64,000 nt of DNA from Octopus sinensis (GCF_006345805.1 NC_042999.1:26350001-26414000); one strand, 5' to 3'. Shown: positions 1 through 12,732, counted from the stretch's first letter. Notes: generated by a model from the sequence alone, not told the origin. Made by a program: numbers and translations.

Positions 1-166
<166 letters not shown>

Positions 167-490
167 AGTAACAAAGTGAGGAAAAAAATCCTTCAAAGGG
201 CTATGTTAAGCATCCAGTTCCCTGGGACATCAGTTGGGTACCGTATAAATATTGGTTTAATTCAATTATAATGATAAATTTAATACAAAGTTATTTAATT
301 AACAATCAATTGCACTTAACTTGATTGCATCGTCCTTTAAAGTGTTTTGTTGTTTTTTAATTGTAATTGCTGTATGATTGGAGAGTTAATGCTGAGGCTA
401 ATAACACATACGTTTGAATTAATTTTTACAATCCAGCCGTGCTTTCACACGCAATTTCGTCTTTTCCGAAAGCCAAGACACTGAAGTGAC

Positions 491-528
<38 letters not shown>

Positions 529-623
529 AGGCCAACAAATTGTTTCGATTTATATGTTTTTCTGATTTACATAATCACAGTTCTATTATATATATATATA
601 TGTGTATATATATATATATATAT

Positions 624-999
624 ATTTATATATAGAGGGCATTATACATACATGCCAGGAGGCATTCTACATACACGCCATACGCTAAGAGGGACAATCA
701 GTCATTTCTACCAAAAATATTACTAATCCCACCGAATGCAATTTTTCAAAGAAAGACATTTAAAAATATATAGACCTGTATCACAGTGATTTCATACTTA
801 CGTAATCATGCTGATGATTACGTAAGTATGAAATCACTGTGATACAGGTCTATATATTTTTAAATGTCTTTCTTTGAAAAATTGCATTCGGTGGGATTAG
901 TAATATTTTTGGTAGAAATGACTGATTGTCCCTCTTAGCGTATGGCGTGTATGTAGAATGCCTCCTGGCATGTATGTATAATGCCCTCTATATATAAAT
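624..999. repeat. Perfect fold-back palindrome, 186-bp arms, 4-nt loop GCTG
   Basis: 624-809 is the reverse complement of 814-999. Confidence 0.95.
810..848 (+). ncRNA. Type I hammerhead ribozyme motif with 5' strand of helix I mostly lost
   Basis: CUGAUGA (811-817), helix II UUAC-GUAA-GUAU, GAAA (830-833), near-palindromic helix III UCAC-U-GUGA, UA cleavage site, then CAGG. Confidence 0.65.
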
Positions 1000-1116
1000 T
1001 AATATGTTCAATAAGAAATAATTATTTTCGAAATTTTTTCTCTTATGAGGTTTTTACGCTATCTACCTGACAATTTCTTGTTAAGTTTTCCTTATTAAGT
1101 AGTTGTCCTTAATTGC

Positions 1117-1215
<99 letters not shown>

Positions 1216-1411
1216 GAACTGTGATTATGTAAATCAGAAAAACATATAAATCGAAACAATTTGTTGGCTTTTATGGTTTTTATAATTATTTATGTTAATA
1301 TTTATGTTTATAAATATTATGTTATGTTATATATTATATTCATAGTATTTAATGTAATATTGTATATAAATATAATTGATTGGATTGCCAGTTGAATATC
1401 TCTATATTTAT

Positions 1412-1479
<68 letters not shown>

Positions 1480-1482
1480 ATA

Positions 1483-1549
<67 letters not shown>

Positions 1550-1561
1550 TATATATATAAT

Positions 1562-1821
1562 AAATATTAGGGAATGAATCCAAAATTACAGCGAAAAATC
1601 AGATTTAGGGTTAAATCCAATTTTATAGTAAAATATTATATAATATAATTCGAGACAAAACCACTATTTTAAAACCAAACAAGAAAAGACTTAATCAATA
1701 CATAAAATTTTAATATAAATTAAATAAATAAATAAATAATTTAATTTATATTAAAATTTTATGTATTGATTAAGTCTTTTCTTGTTTGGTTTTAAAATAG
1801 TGGTTTTGTCTCGAATTATAT

Positions 1822-1826
<5 letters not shown>
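1562..1826. mobile_element. Fold-back element family C, copy 1 (unique ~75 bp plus 88-bp perfect inverted arms)
   Basis: Arms 1638-1725 and 1739-1826; homologous to 13128-13380 in the opposite orientation; flanked by (TA)n. Confidence 0.8.
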
Positions 1827-1879
<53 letters not shown>

Positions 1880-1907
1880 TGTCATATTGATATCCATTAT
1901 TTATTGT

Positions 1908-2045
1908 TAGGAGGTGAGCTAATAAAATCGTTTGCATGCCGGAGAAAATACTCAGCTTCTTTACGTTCTAAGTTCTAAATTCGCCGATATCGACTTTGCC
2001 TTTCATAGTTTCGTGATCAATGAAGTACGTACCAGTCACGTTCTG
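1908..2045 (+). mobile_element. Degenerate copy of the Deu/Nin-domain-like tRNA SINE
   Basis: Similar to 2909-3141 (…gactttgcctttcat…gtaccagt). Confidence 0.55.
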
Positions 2046-2676
2046 TTCTCGAAGTAGTCGACTATCTTCTTTCTTCTAAATTTCAGACCTTTTGTCTTTA
2101 GTAGAAAGGATATTTATTATTTATTTCACAGTGAGATGAATTGCCTATGGATATGGTAACGTATACGGTTATAACTTTAACTATACTTATTGTTTAATCA
2201 ATATTACAGATTAGTATATCACATCCACAGTAAAAAATTATATCTTATTATGATTGAATCCACATTTGAGGAATTAAAACTCTATGATTAATTTATAACT
2301 GTTCTGCATTTTAAAAGAAATGATAAGTCTAATTAATTACTTCATCAACTTTGAAATGTATCTTAGTAAAACACATTAGTATAACAGACACAGAGGTATA
2401 GCAGGCACACGCCGATACGAATTCTAAATATACAAAACTAAATGCTAGCAGTATAATCGTTTCAGACAACAGGTGTTTTCATTATAATTTGTTCTGATGC
2501 ATGAAATCGTTTTAAATAAGAAAAATAAAATACAAATTTATAATGAAACAAACGTATGCTTTTATTAAAGGCATTAGAAATGTGCTTGGTATATATCTGG
2601 TAGAAGAACTAAATCACATTACTATATTTACAGGTACTCAATTCATCGATTTACATCAGTGTCTGTATATGTTTGG

Positions 2677-2736
<60 letters not shown>

Positions 2737-2908
2737 GTTATACATAATATCCTCTAATCTCGGAGAATGTACAGTGTTGCTATATACTGAAATTAATGGA
2801 AGATAATCTTGTCCATATGGTTTACAAACAAAGAGAGTAATTATAAACTAGAAGTGATGAGATTATTGTACAAACAGAAAATGAAAATTTCACATGAATT
2901 GTTATATA

Positions 2909-3141
2909 TTTCTTTACTACCTACATGGGGCTAAACACAAAGGGGACAAACAAAGACAGACAAACGGATTAAGTCGATTACATTGACCCCAGTGCGTAAC
3001 TGGTACTTATTTAATCGACCCCGAAAGGATGAAAGGCAAAGTTGACCTCGGCGGAATTTGAACTCAGAACGTAGCGGCAGTCGAAATATTGCTAAGCATT
3101 TCGCCCGGCGTGCTAACGTTTCTGCCAGCTCGCCGCCCTTA
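2909..3141 (-). mobile_element. tRNA-derived SINE with Deu/Nin-like core
   Basis: tRNA-like head with B-box-like GAGTTCAAATTCC, core TGCCTTTCATCCTTTCGGGGTCGATTAAATAAGTACC, and 12-bp TSD AATTGTTATATA (2897-2908 and 3142-3153). Confidence 0.8.
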
Positions 3142-3798
3142 AATTGTTATATACTTATATGAATTGTTATATACTTATTTGTAACACAGAAGTTTTAAAT
3201 ATCACTAAGTAGGACACGAAAATAAAAAGGACTAGAAGAAGCATTGAATCTATAGAATGTTGAAGAGTATAACAACGTAACTCTTTTCCGTTTATTCTTT
3301 AAGTATTTTTAAGGTTTATTTTTTATGCATGTGTAAGCAAAACATATCTTAAAGTTTGTTATACACAGCTGCAGTTTTCGTGATTCGGTACTAAAATATG
3401 CTCTTGCTTGTGTTGAGCATTTATCATTAATTTGCAATTGCTTCAGAGTTGTTCGCGAATTCAGCTGGTTAATAGTTACATGAAATATGCAATGATCAAT
3501 GCGCATAAGTATCTAATCACCTGCTATACAACCACCGTATACATATGTACATGCATACTTATGTACGTTCAATACATATACCAGAAAATATTACTGCTAA
3601 GATGAAAAGCATGATATATATACACTAAATTGTTATTTAGTTTCTTTCATTGAAAATACATTAATTTTCGAAAATTAACGAATGTAGACATATATAACTA
3701 AATCCATGTGTATTAACTTACATGCACATACATATATACATACAAACAGGTATGGATCAACACAACTATACTATATGTGTGTGTATGCGTATGCGTGC

Positions 3799-3830
<32 letters not shown>

Positions 3831-5363
3831 CTGTGTAAAAGTCATCATATTCATCGGTACACGGGCATATTTTAAGAAATATTTTGTGAAGTTACAACAA
3901 TAAGAACAACAAAAACAATATTAATTAAGCGAATATGTGTGTCATTATATCTTGTAAACAATTAGGTTAAGTTCTCAATACAACTCATTACAAACCAAAA
4001 ATGCGACCTCGAATACATGTATATATTCTATACACGTGTGTAGAATCTGGGAAATAAAGCATGGTGCATTTATATATTTCAAATACGTAAAAGCAACTGA
4101 TATCAAAGAGAAAAATTAAGTTGTCAGATTAATAAATTGGAGACATAAAAATGGTTACATACAATAGTGCAAAAAAAAATAAAAAATAAAATAAAATAAA
4201 TAAACATTGAATTCTTAAACAATATGCGGATGTAATGTTGTAATTGCTAGTCACGATTTCATGACTGAAAAAGATAATCAAGTTTCCATGTTTATAAAAT
4301 TGTATGACAGTTGCTTAAAAATTTATAAAGTTTTGATGCTAATGTACATACATTTTTTTTTAAATTACACACGCAGACACATACACAGACACACGAATAT
4401 ACATACACATATATACACCACGTACATATATCTCGAAAACTTTTTATAAGGAAATAAAGTAATTCACATTTGGAACCATTATTGTTATTATCGTTATTAT
4501 TATTATTATTATTGTTGTTGTTGTTTTTGTTGTTGTTGTTGTTGTTGTTGTTGTCGCTGCTGCTGCTGTGGTTGTTACGCTTGTCGTTGTTATTTTGCAG
4601 AATATAGTGCTCAATAGGCCGTCTTTTAGAAATATTCTTAATATTTTCATATATTCGTCGTGAAAAGAAATATAATCTCCACCTGCTAACACCAAAGGAG
4701 TCACAGGGTTTCTCTTGTCTTGTTCGTGATACGTTCGAGTAAAAATTAGAAAGCGTTAGCAAAGAAAGAGTCTAATGAACAGTAACTAATGAACTACGTA
4801 AATACTTGTAATTTCAAGTGGCACACACTACAGTAGAACGCATAATAATGATCTCATTATTTTGTTGAAGATACGAATTATGAATAAACCTAGAGGTAAA
4901 AGCAGGTAGGAATCAAATTTGAAAAGAGACTTGCTATTTCGTTGCATATAATTCAGCTTATATTAAATATATTACAAAATACAAGCAAAAACGAACATCA
5001 TCAGATCATAAACTATAAGGCGAGCTCAGGGGGTCAACAAGATTCATAAATGACTAAACGAATAAAACATGTATAATTTATCTAAGTATTTGCGTAGTTC
5101 CTATTCTGTAAAATTAATTGTTGCTAGGATTTGTAGTCCGACTGAATAGACCAGATGTGTATCATTCCTATCAAGAAATATACGCAGCGATTAAGTGACC
5201 TAAAACTTGCATTCTATTTTATTAACAATATAGACCGTATATTATCATTCTCTGTAGTATTTCAGAAAGAAATATAACTAGTAAAAAAATAAAATTATTA
5301 CAAGTTCAGGAATTAGGAATTAGCACATCATATATATATTTATACATACATACATACATACAT

Positions 5364-5444
<81 letters not shown>

Positions 5445-5448
<4 letters not shown>

Positions 5449-5590
5449 GGGGGTGGGTGTCTGTGTGAGTGTATGATTGTGTGTGTGTGTGTGTGTGCTC
5501 ACCACAGCTTGACAACCGTTGCTGGTGTCTTTAAATCCCCCTAAGCTAGCGGTTCGGCCAAAAATACCGATAGGATAGGTACCAGGCTCC
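5445..5590 (+). mobile_element. SINE family A, 3' half
   Basis: Matches the 3' half of 18519-18930 (cttgacaaccg…tagcggttcggc…accgatag). Confidence 0.75.
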
Positions 5591-5611
5591 AAATATATAT
5601 ATATATATATA

Positions 5612-5945
5612 TAATTAAATAAGGGTAGAACTTGATATTGATCAATTAAAACCAGTGGCCTAGCATATTTTTTTTTAAATCCGAAGATTAAAAATTTTAT
5701 ACATACAAAATTTAAAGGAATGACCACTAATAGTGGACAGCCTGTATGCTAGATATAGACGTCAAACTCGCCATTTACCACGAATAATGTGTTGTCAAGA
5801 AAAAAATTTGCAAAAACCAAAGCTTAAAAATAAGACAAATGAAAATATACGAAAATTTCTTCGTGGTAAATGGCGAGTTTGACGTCTATATCTAGCATAC
5901 AGGCTGTCGACTATTAGTGGTCATTCCTCTAAATTTTGTATATGT
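5612..5945. mobile_element. Fold-back element family D, copy 1 (82-bp arms, 75-nt spacer)
   Basis: Arms 5703-5784 and 5860-5941 with 2 mismatches; the unique part 5612-5700 and the arms are homologous to 54886-55250. Confidence 0.8.
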
Positions 5946-6094
5946 ATATATATTTATACAAGATAATGTAGGCTTAGTTCACAGGTGTTCTAAATGACTA
6001 GGTACGCTAAGTAAGTGCTGTAAAGGATTATCAGGGCTCCAAGATTATAACCGAGACGGGAGTTATGGAACTATTGTAGATTTCTGATATAGCG

Positions 6095-6280
6095 GACATA
6101 TATTTGCTAAAGAAGAAAACAAACGCTAAAGCAAGACAAACACCTCAAGACATATACGTTATTATTATTAGCTGTTTCTGGGATATCCTAAAATATGGGA
6201 TATTCAAAAAAAAAATTAAGGAAACGATGTAAAAAGAAATAAAGAAATGAAGAAATGAAGAATAAAGAATAAAGAATAAA
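6095..6280 (-). mobile_element. Inverted partial copy of the PLE pLTR-like repeat
   Basis: Reverse complement of parts of 6400-6680; retains helix II and GAAACAGCU but has lost the core. Confidence 0.65.
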
Positions 6281-6311
6281 GACCACTATTAGTGGTCATT
6301 CCAATAAATTT

Positions 6312-6358
<47 letters not shown>

Positions 6359-6399
6359 TATGAAGGCTATAAACATACCGGGATTTACATAGGGTTGTA

Positions 6400-6680
6400 T
6401 CTAAAAAGTAATGAACTAGTATCTACCCAATCGGAAATTTGAATTGTGAACTTTCACGTTTCTTTTTTCTCCATTTCTTTATTTCTTTTTCTCCGGCCCT
6501 TTATTTCATCATTTCCTTAATCTATACCCTTTACATTTTCCCTATTTGTCTCCGATGACGTGATATCCCATATTTTGGGATATCCCAGAAACAACTATAA
6601 GACTAATTTTTTTCTAATAATAATAACGTATATGACATGAAATGTTTGTCTTGCCTTAGGGTTTGTTGTTCTTTTTATGA
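6400..6680 (+). mobile_element. PLE pseudo-LTR-like repeat carrying an HHR-like motif at 6548-6603
   Basis: Direct repeat of 7450-7720; GUCU-CCGAUGA-helix II-GAAA-CAACUA-UA-AGAC. Confidence 0.7.
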
Positions 6681-7449
6681 ATTTGTGTTGCAAGATTCCT
6701 GATGTGAAACCGTGTGTTGAAACAGGTATTGTTATATTTCAGGATGGTCATTTGTTTCCTTTTCTACCCAAAATAAACACACGCGCACATCACAGAGGGA
6801 GAGAATAGATCATAACTATACAAGTGGAAGGATAGCGTCGCTGAAAGATTTCCTGGCAATGGTCATAAGGTAAAATAAGAACAGTAATAAACGAGTAAAA
6901 ATGAAAGTATAGTACCTGTGTTTATTTGATAAAAAATACTTATATACACATATGTAAATAAAACACATATACACATTTCTACTACATCCACAAATATACT
7001 CATATATATGGTTCCACATATATACCTACTCACACGCATTTTTGCTTACATGTAAACACATTACTGAGATGCGTATTTACCTATTAACAAAAATAAAATG
7101 GTAAATGTAAAAAATGAGACGAATTACAAATTACCCTAATGTTAACGGATTAAAATATATAGTTCGACAAGTGTCTTTATATGCATGCATTAGCCATCTC
7201 ACGTTCCTACATAAATAAAGAGGTAGATATATGTTCAAGTATATATAGATGGTAGTATGGATAAAATGCTCATTTATACCAATAACTCAATGGCACGCTC
7301 TGTATTAAATATATGTAGCACATTCTTTGAAAGATGTTTTAAGTTGGTGACTGCATATCCAAAATGATTGCAGAGTGGTCGTTTATCAATAGATGCTTCT
7401 ACTTAAAGGTGCATAGGATTGTACGTAAAAAGATGCATAAAATTATACC

Positions 7450-7720
7450 TAAAAAGTAATGGACTAGTATCTACACAATCGGAAATTTGAACTGTGAACT
7501 TTTATATTTCTTTTTTTATATATTTCTTTATTTCTTTTATTCTCCAGTCCTTTATTTCATCGTTTCTTTAATCTATACCCTTTACATTTTCCCTATTTGT
7601 CTCCGATGACGTAATATCCCATATTTTGGGATATCCCAGAAATAGCTGTAAGACTTTATTTGTTTCTGATAATAATAACGTATATGACTAGAGATGTTTG
7701 TCTTGCCTTGGTGTTTGTTG
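7450..7720 (+). mobile_element. Second pLTR-like repeat carrying an HHR-like motif at 7599-7654
   Basis: 1051 bp downstream of the first copy; GUCU-CCGAUGA-helix II-GAAA-UAGCUG-UA-AGAC. Confidence 0.7.
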
Positions 7721-7819
7721 TACAATCTTCTAATAAGGTTATCTTCTAATCTGGAGCTCGCTTTATGCAATTGTGAAAATGTTATTATTGACAAGGAGCT
7801 GTACTAAACATACATACAC

Positions 7820-7852
<33 letters not shown>

Positions 7853-9149
7853 ACTCAAACACACACACATTCATATATATAAACACAGATGCATACAAAT
7901 GTTAAGTATATATGTATATTGTAGAAAATGTCCGTAAACTTATCAACTACAAGCAATATACCAACATGTTTGCGCCTGTTTCTGCTCGCGGAATCCATTA
8001 CATCCCACCATTATCAATTTTCTAGCGTTACGTTTAGCCACATCCATAGTCTACCCTGGTTAATCATATAAAGAGGCAACTTTGTGAAATTATTTAACCA
8101 GTCAGCCTAATTTTCCCAATTAGTTCTAGTTTTCAAGCTGATATTTTTAGCTTTATCATCTAAGATATACTAGATCTTTCATTTTTCCATACTAGTAGAG
8201 AACAAAAGAGCACTTTAATCAGGAAACCACATAACTGTCATTGAAATAGATTAGGCTTAATCTTAGAAATATTGTAAGACACCTTAAACAAATTAGCATC
8301 AAATCTATTTTATGAATATACAACTTTAGATTAACTTTAGAACGTTTGCTCCGTTATCGAGACCGATTGAAGTGGTAATAACTTTTGTGAAAGCAGAAAT
8401 TCTTGCTTGATGTTTGCTACCACATTAAGCTGCATCGATTTGTAAAGCAATCGCACCACTGGCTTTTCTTCTATCGTTTCATCCATATCTAAATATGTAC
8501 CATAAGCACAGCAATTTTGCTATTGTACGTATTTTTGTAAATGCAAAGAAATCGTTTAGAAGGATTCGTTCAGATCCATAAATATTTTTTCTGGATCTGT
8601 CTCAGAAATGATACCATACCTATTGAATTTCCTTCCATTAAGAACCCATAGTTGTTTTCGGTTAGAATTGACCAGATTTTCACTCTGAATCTATCAATAT
8701 TTTTTTTCTGAGATCATCACTTGTGATGTACACTTCCATTCTCAATGCTTTGAGTCACCATCCTTTTACTTGACAATATCCTCGTACATTAACAAAGAAA
8801 TCAGTTATATGCTTTTCATTCTTTTAGGGATTCATGTACATGTTGCTCAAAAACTCTATGCACTGTGCATGTAATAACAATCAGCCCTCGTTCGTTGTTT
8901 CTTCTCCTATAAAGCATCCTCTTATTGACATATTTTTTGAAAGTTTACTGTAGCTTCGTTGAATTTAGTTGAGCAAATGAAAGTTTGACAGCCAAGACAT
9001 ATTTCTGGAGAGCTTGGTTACGTTGCTCTAACAATGAAGCAAGCGTAGTGTCTTACCAAGAAACCAGTCATGGTTATTTCTCTAGGTTTCCAGAGCACAG
9101 TTTTAGCCATGCCATACATCATGGTATAGGTCAAATATATGCTTGTATT

Positions 9150-9625
9150 CAAACTGCAAAGAGTCCAAGAATTCAAGAAGGTAAATCATAAGTCCTTCCA
9201 GAATAGCATTTCTTCAAACCAACAAATACTTCGATGCAGGTTTAACCATCTTACAAACAATAACTCTGAGCACCTTTTCAAACTCCACCCGTCTAACACC
9301 CGTGGACATATTTACAAAGTCAGAAAACAGCACAGCTCCCATGATTTTAGGAAACATCTTTTCACGCTGAGAGTTGCTGAAGCATGGAACAAACTGCCGG
9401 CATCAGTTGTTAGTTGTCGGAGCACTGCATCCTTCAAAACTTCCATGCTTTCTGAGATTCACCAACACTACACCTGATTTTCTCCCCTCCATACACACAC
9501 AAGCATGTATCTGACTCATACATTGTTCGCTTTCCAGACATTTGTACATTACTGCATATACTTTATACGCACTGTCTGACAAGTTGTGGTGCACCTGAGC
9601 ACTGTATACAATAATTTCATTATTA
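9150..9625 (+). mobile_element. CR1/L2-clade LINE 3' end
   Basis: NTRGHIYKVRKQ…RKHLFTLRVAEAWNKLPASVVSCRSTASFK is the typical CR1 ORF2 C-terminus, followed by a 3' UTR and short AT-rich tail. Confidence 0.8.
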
Positions 9626-10244
9626 TTTATCTGTTCCTTCTAAAGAATGTTGCAAAGAACATAATTTTATGTTCAGTGGCTACAATTTACTCTTCTAAGC
9701 AACTGTGCAATGACCCTGTAAAGAGCGTGTTATACCGCCTCTTTACCAGTTTGACCCGAATACTACGGATGATGAAATCCGATTAGTGTTCTTTCTGTCT
9801 GAACATGGAACTGGAAATTAAGCACTGCTCTGAAAATAAAGCGAGAAGTTCCACTCTAAATGGAAACTCTCTAAAACATTTCGACACATAATTGCTGACC
9901 GTGCCTCAAATGATTTTGCTTTAACATGGACATTGACATCACTCGTAAACATCAACATGTCTCGCATGGCAGTCATTTCTTATTATGGACTGATGTAGGA
10001 TACAATCATATAAAAATATAGAATAGCTCTCGTTTCTGATGAAAATTCTCAAATTTTTCATCTAGTAATGTAAACAGCTAGATTTCAATCTAAGTTTCTC
10101 ACAATATTGATTTTTGGTTTAACAAATCCTAACTCTGATAAAATCTCCCTTCTGTTGTATTCTACTGATAAGTCAAAACTATTCTAAATTTCCAATAATG
10201 TTATATTTGGGAACTTTAATGTCAAAAAGGGTAACTATATTGTT

Positions 10245-10328
10245 CCAGGTTCAGTCCCACAGCGTAGCACCTTGAGCCGCCCAGAAATTGAAAGGAGCAT
10301 ATATATTTATACATACATACAGACACAC

Positions 10329-10360
<32 letters not shown>

Positions 10361-10615
10361 GAATATATATATATGTATATATATATGTATGTGTGTGTGG
10401 GGGGTGTCTGCGTGAATGTCTGATTGTGTGTGCTCACCAAAGCTTGACAACCGTTGCTGGTGTGTTTAAATCCCCCTAAGCTAGCGGTTCAGCCAAAAAG
10501 ACCGATAGGATAAGTATCCGGCTCCGAAAGATAAGTCCTTGGGTGAACCGATTCGACTAAAACCTTTGAAAGTTGTGACCTAGAATGATCGCAGTTAAAG
10601 CACTGAAACAAGTAA
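10245..10615 (+). mobile_element. SINE family A, degenerate near-complete copy
   Basis: Head fragment ccaggttcagtccca, internal microsatellite and 3' half. Confidence 0.7.
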
Positions 10616-10948
10616 TGTACATATTCCTCCTACTCTCTTCTTTTTTGCAGGCCTGCATTAGGTTCAACTGTGCTTTTAGCCAGATACACGCTTAATGCTC
10701 TGGTGTTACTAGAAGAATTAGGAAGACGCAAAGTCCTTCTCAGCCTGGATAGTTTTACTTAACGACTTTTATAAAAGTTCCCGTAAAAAAACTTTCTGGA
10801 CCAAAACATGTAGACATTACTTGCTGCATTTTACATGTGAACTTTATTGCAGTGAACAAAGGGACAAGATCACTTTACACAAATTTATTCTACAGTTTAG
10901 ATAAACATGCATACACCCCCACACGCACCCCCACACCCCCACACACAC

Positions 10949-10994
<46 letters not shown>

Positions 10995-11894
10995 AACACA
11001 CGCACATAGTTTTTTTTATCTGGTTATATGAGACAAAAGAACATTTATTAACGGTAGGATTGCGCTAATTATTAGTAGAGTAAAAATGATTATGTTTGTA
11101 GACTAGGTATTCAAGTTTTACCAAAGTATACGTACACATGCATATATACTCACACATATATACGCACACAAGCACACACACACAAAAGAAAAAATGATGT
11201 GCGCGCGTGTTTGTATTTGCGTATTTATGCCTCTATGTATGTGTGTAGGCTTACGCATACGTATTTATGTATTTCTATAAAAGAGGAAATTTGAAAATGC
11301 TGATTCTCTCCGGTTATAACACGTTTTTCTTGGATGGCAATATAAAATGAAAAATTGGAGTGATTGAATATTTCAATGCATTACGTTCATTGATTTTCAT
11401 AAAACAAAGGAAGATATAAATATCTTACATCACGAAACAAATCATTTATACAAAAGGGAACATGATGTTCCAGAAAAAAAAAATATCAAAAATTATAAAC
11501 ACATCGATTCATTTCTGTTATCTCAATGTTTTCTTTTCAACAATTTGATTCCCAAGATCGGAAGAAAAATGAATGAGGGCTGCAGAACTGATGGAACGTT
11601 GATGTTTGCACATTTAACAATACAGATGAGAAACTGGAGATGTAAAATCATAGAAGTTTATATTTTAACGGCAATATGGGAAACCGTACCTACGTGTACA
11701 TCTATGCTGGAACACCATTTTCATGTATTGTAGCCTAATATAGCAATCTTCGAACTTAATCAGACACTGAACTATATTCATTTCGAATTGGTTTAAAAAA
11801 TATAATCCGAATCTCATTGAGGGCAGATATTCCGTGTAGTAAGTTCTTTTTGCGGGTTTATTCCTGCACATCCGTGTAGGCTCCACTACATTCT

Positions 11895-12035
11895 TTTATT
11901 CTTTTACTCTTTTACTTCTTTCAGTCATTTGACTGCGGCTATACAGGAGAATCGCCTTTTCGTCGAACAAATCGACCCCAGGACATATTATTTTAAGTCT
12001 AGTACATATATCAGGACAAATACAGACACACAAAT
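11895..12035 (-). mobile_element. SINE family A, 3' fragment
   Basis: ctcttttac…ttcagtcatttgactgcggc…aatcgaccccagga. Confidence 0.7.
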
Positions 12036-12675
12036 ATAAATACATATACATATATATATATATATATAAATATACATATATATATATACGTTCTTGTCCA
12101 TGTTGTATTTTTCTACATACCTTAACATATATTCCAGGCGCCACGTACCCTCTTAACATTAATGTGAGCACATATTCTTAATAATTGGTACGACTCTCTG
12201 TTTGTCTCTCTCTCTCTCTCATTTTTACTTGATCTGTCCCCTTCTCTCTCTTTTCTCTCTACTCATCCTCTTTTTCTCTTCTCTTTCCTCTGATTCTTTG
12301 GTCTAATCTTCCACTACCCTCCTATTTCCTTGTCTCGCTCTGCACTCACAGGTCAATCTTCGACACCCATCCCTTCTCCTCTCTGATTCCTTCTTTCTCT
12401 CTCTTCTCTCTCTTTGTTGCGTTTGTCCCTCCTCTCTCTCTCTCTCCTCTCTCTCTCTCTCCTTTGCTTCTCTTTCTTTTCTTTTCTCTCTCTTCTCTCT
12501 CTTTGTTGCGTTTGTCCCTCCTCTCTCTCTCTCCTCTCTCTCTCTCTTCCTTTGCTTCTCTTTCTTTTCTTTTCTCTCTTCTCTGTCACGTGACTGCTGG
12601 CCGAAATCTGCCTGTCAGCTTCTCACCAGCGTCGTGTTAACATCGTTGTTTTTCGTCCGCCGCTATAGGCATCGC

Positions 12676-12732
12676 CGATAAGGCTCCTTTCCAATGCGCC
12701 AGAGAAAAAATTTGTTTGCTTGTTATCAGTCG
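12676..12732 (-). ncRNA. Degenerate hammerhead motif (G8A core)
   Basis: Minus strand reads CGA-CUGAUAA-CAA…UUG-GAAA-GGAGCCU-UA-UCG. Confidence 0.45.

Noticed and set aside
10033-10090. CUGAUGA at 10036 as a hammerhead
   Set aside because: No GAAA, helix III or helix I in the right arrangement.
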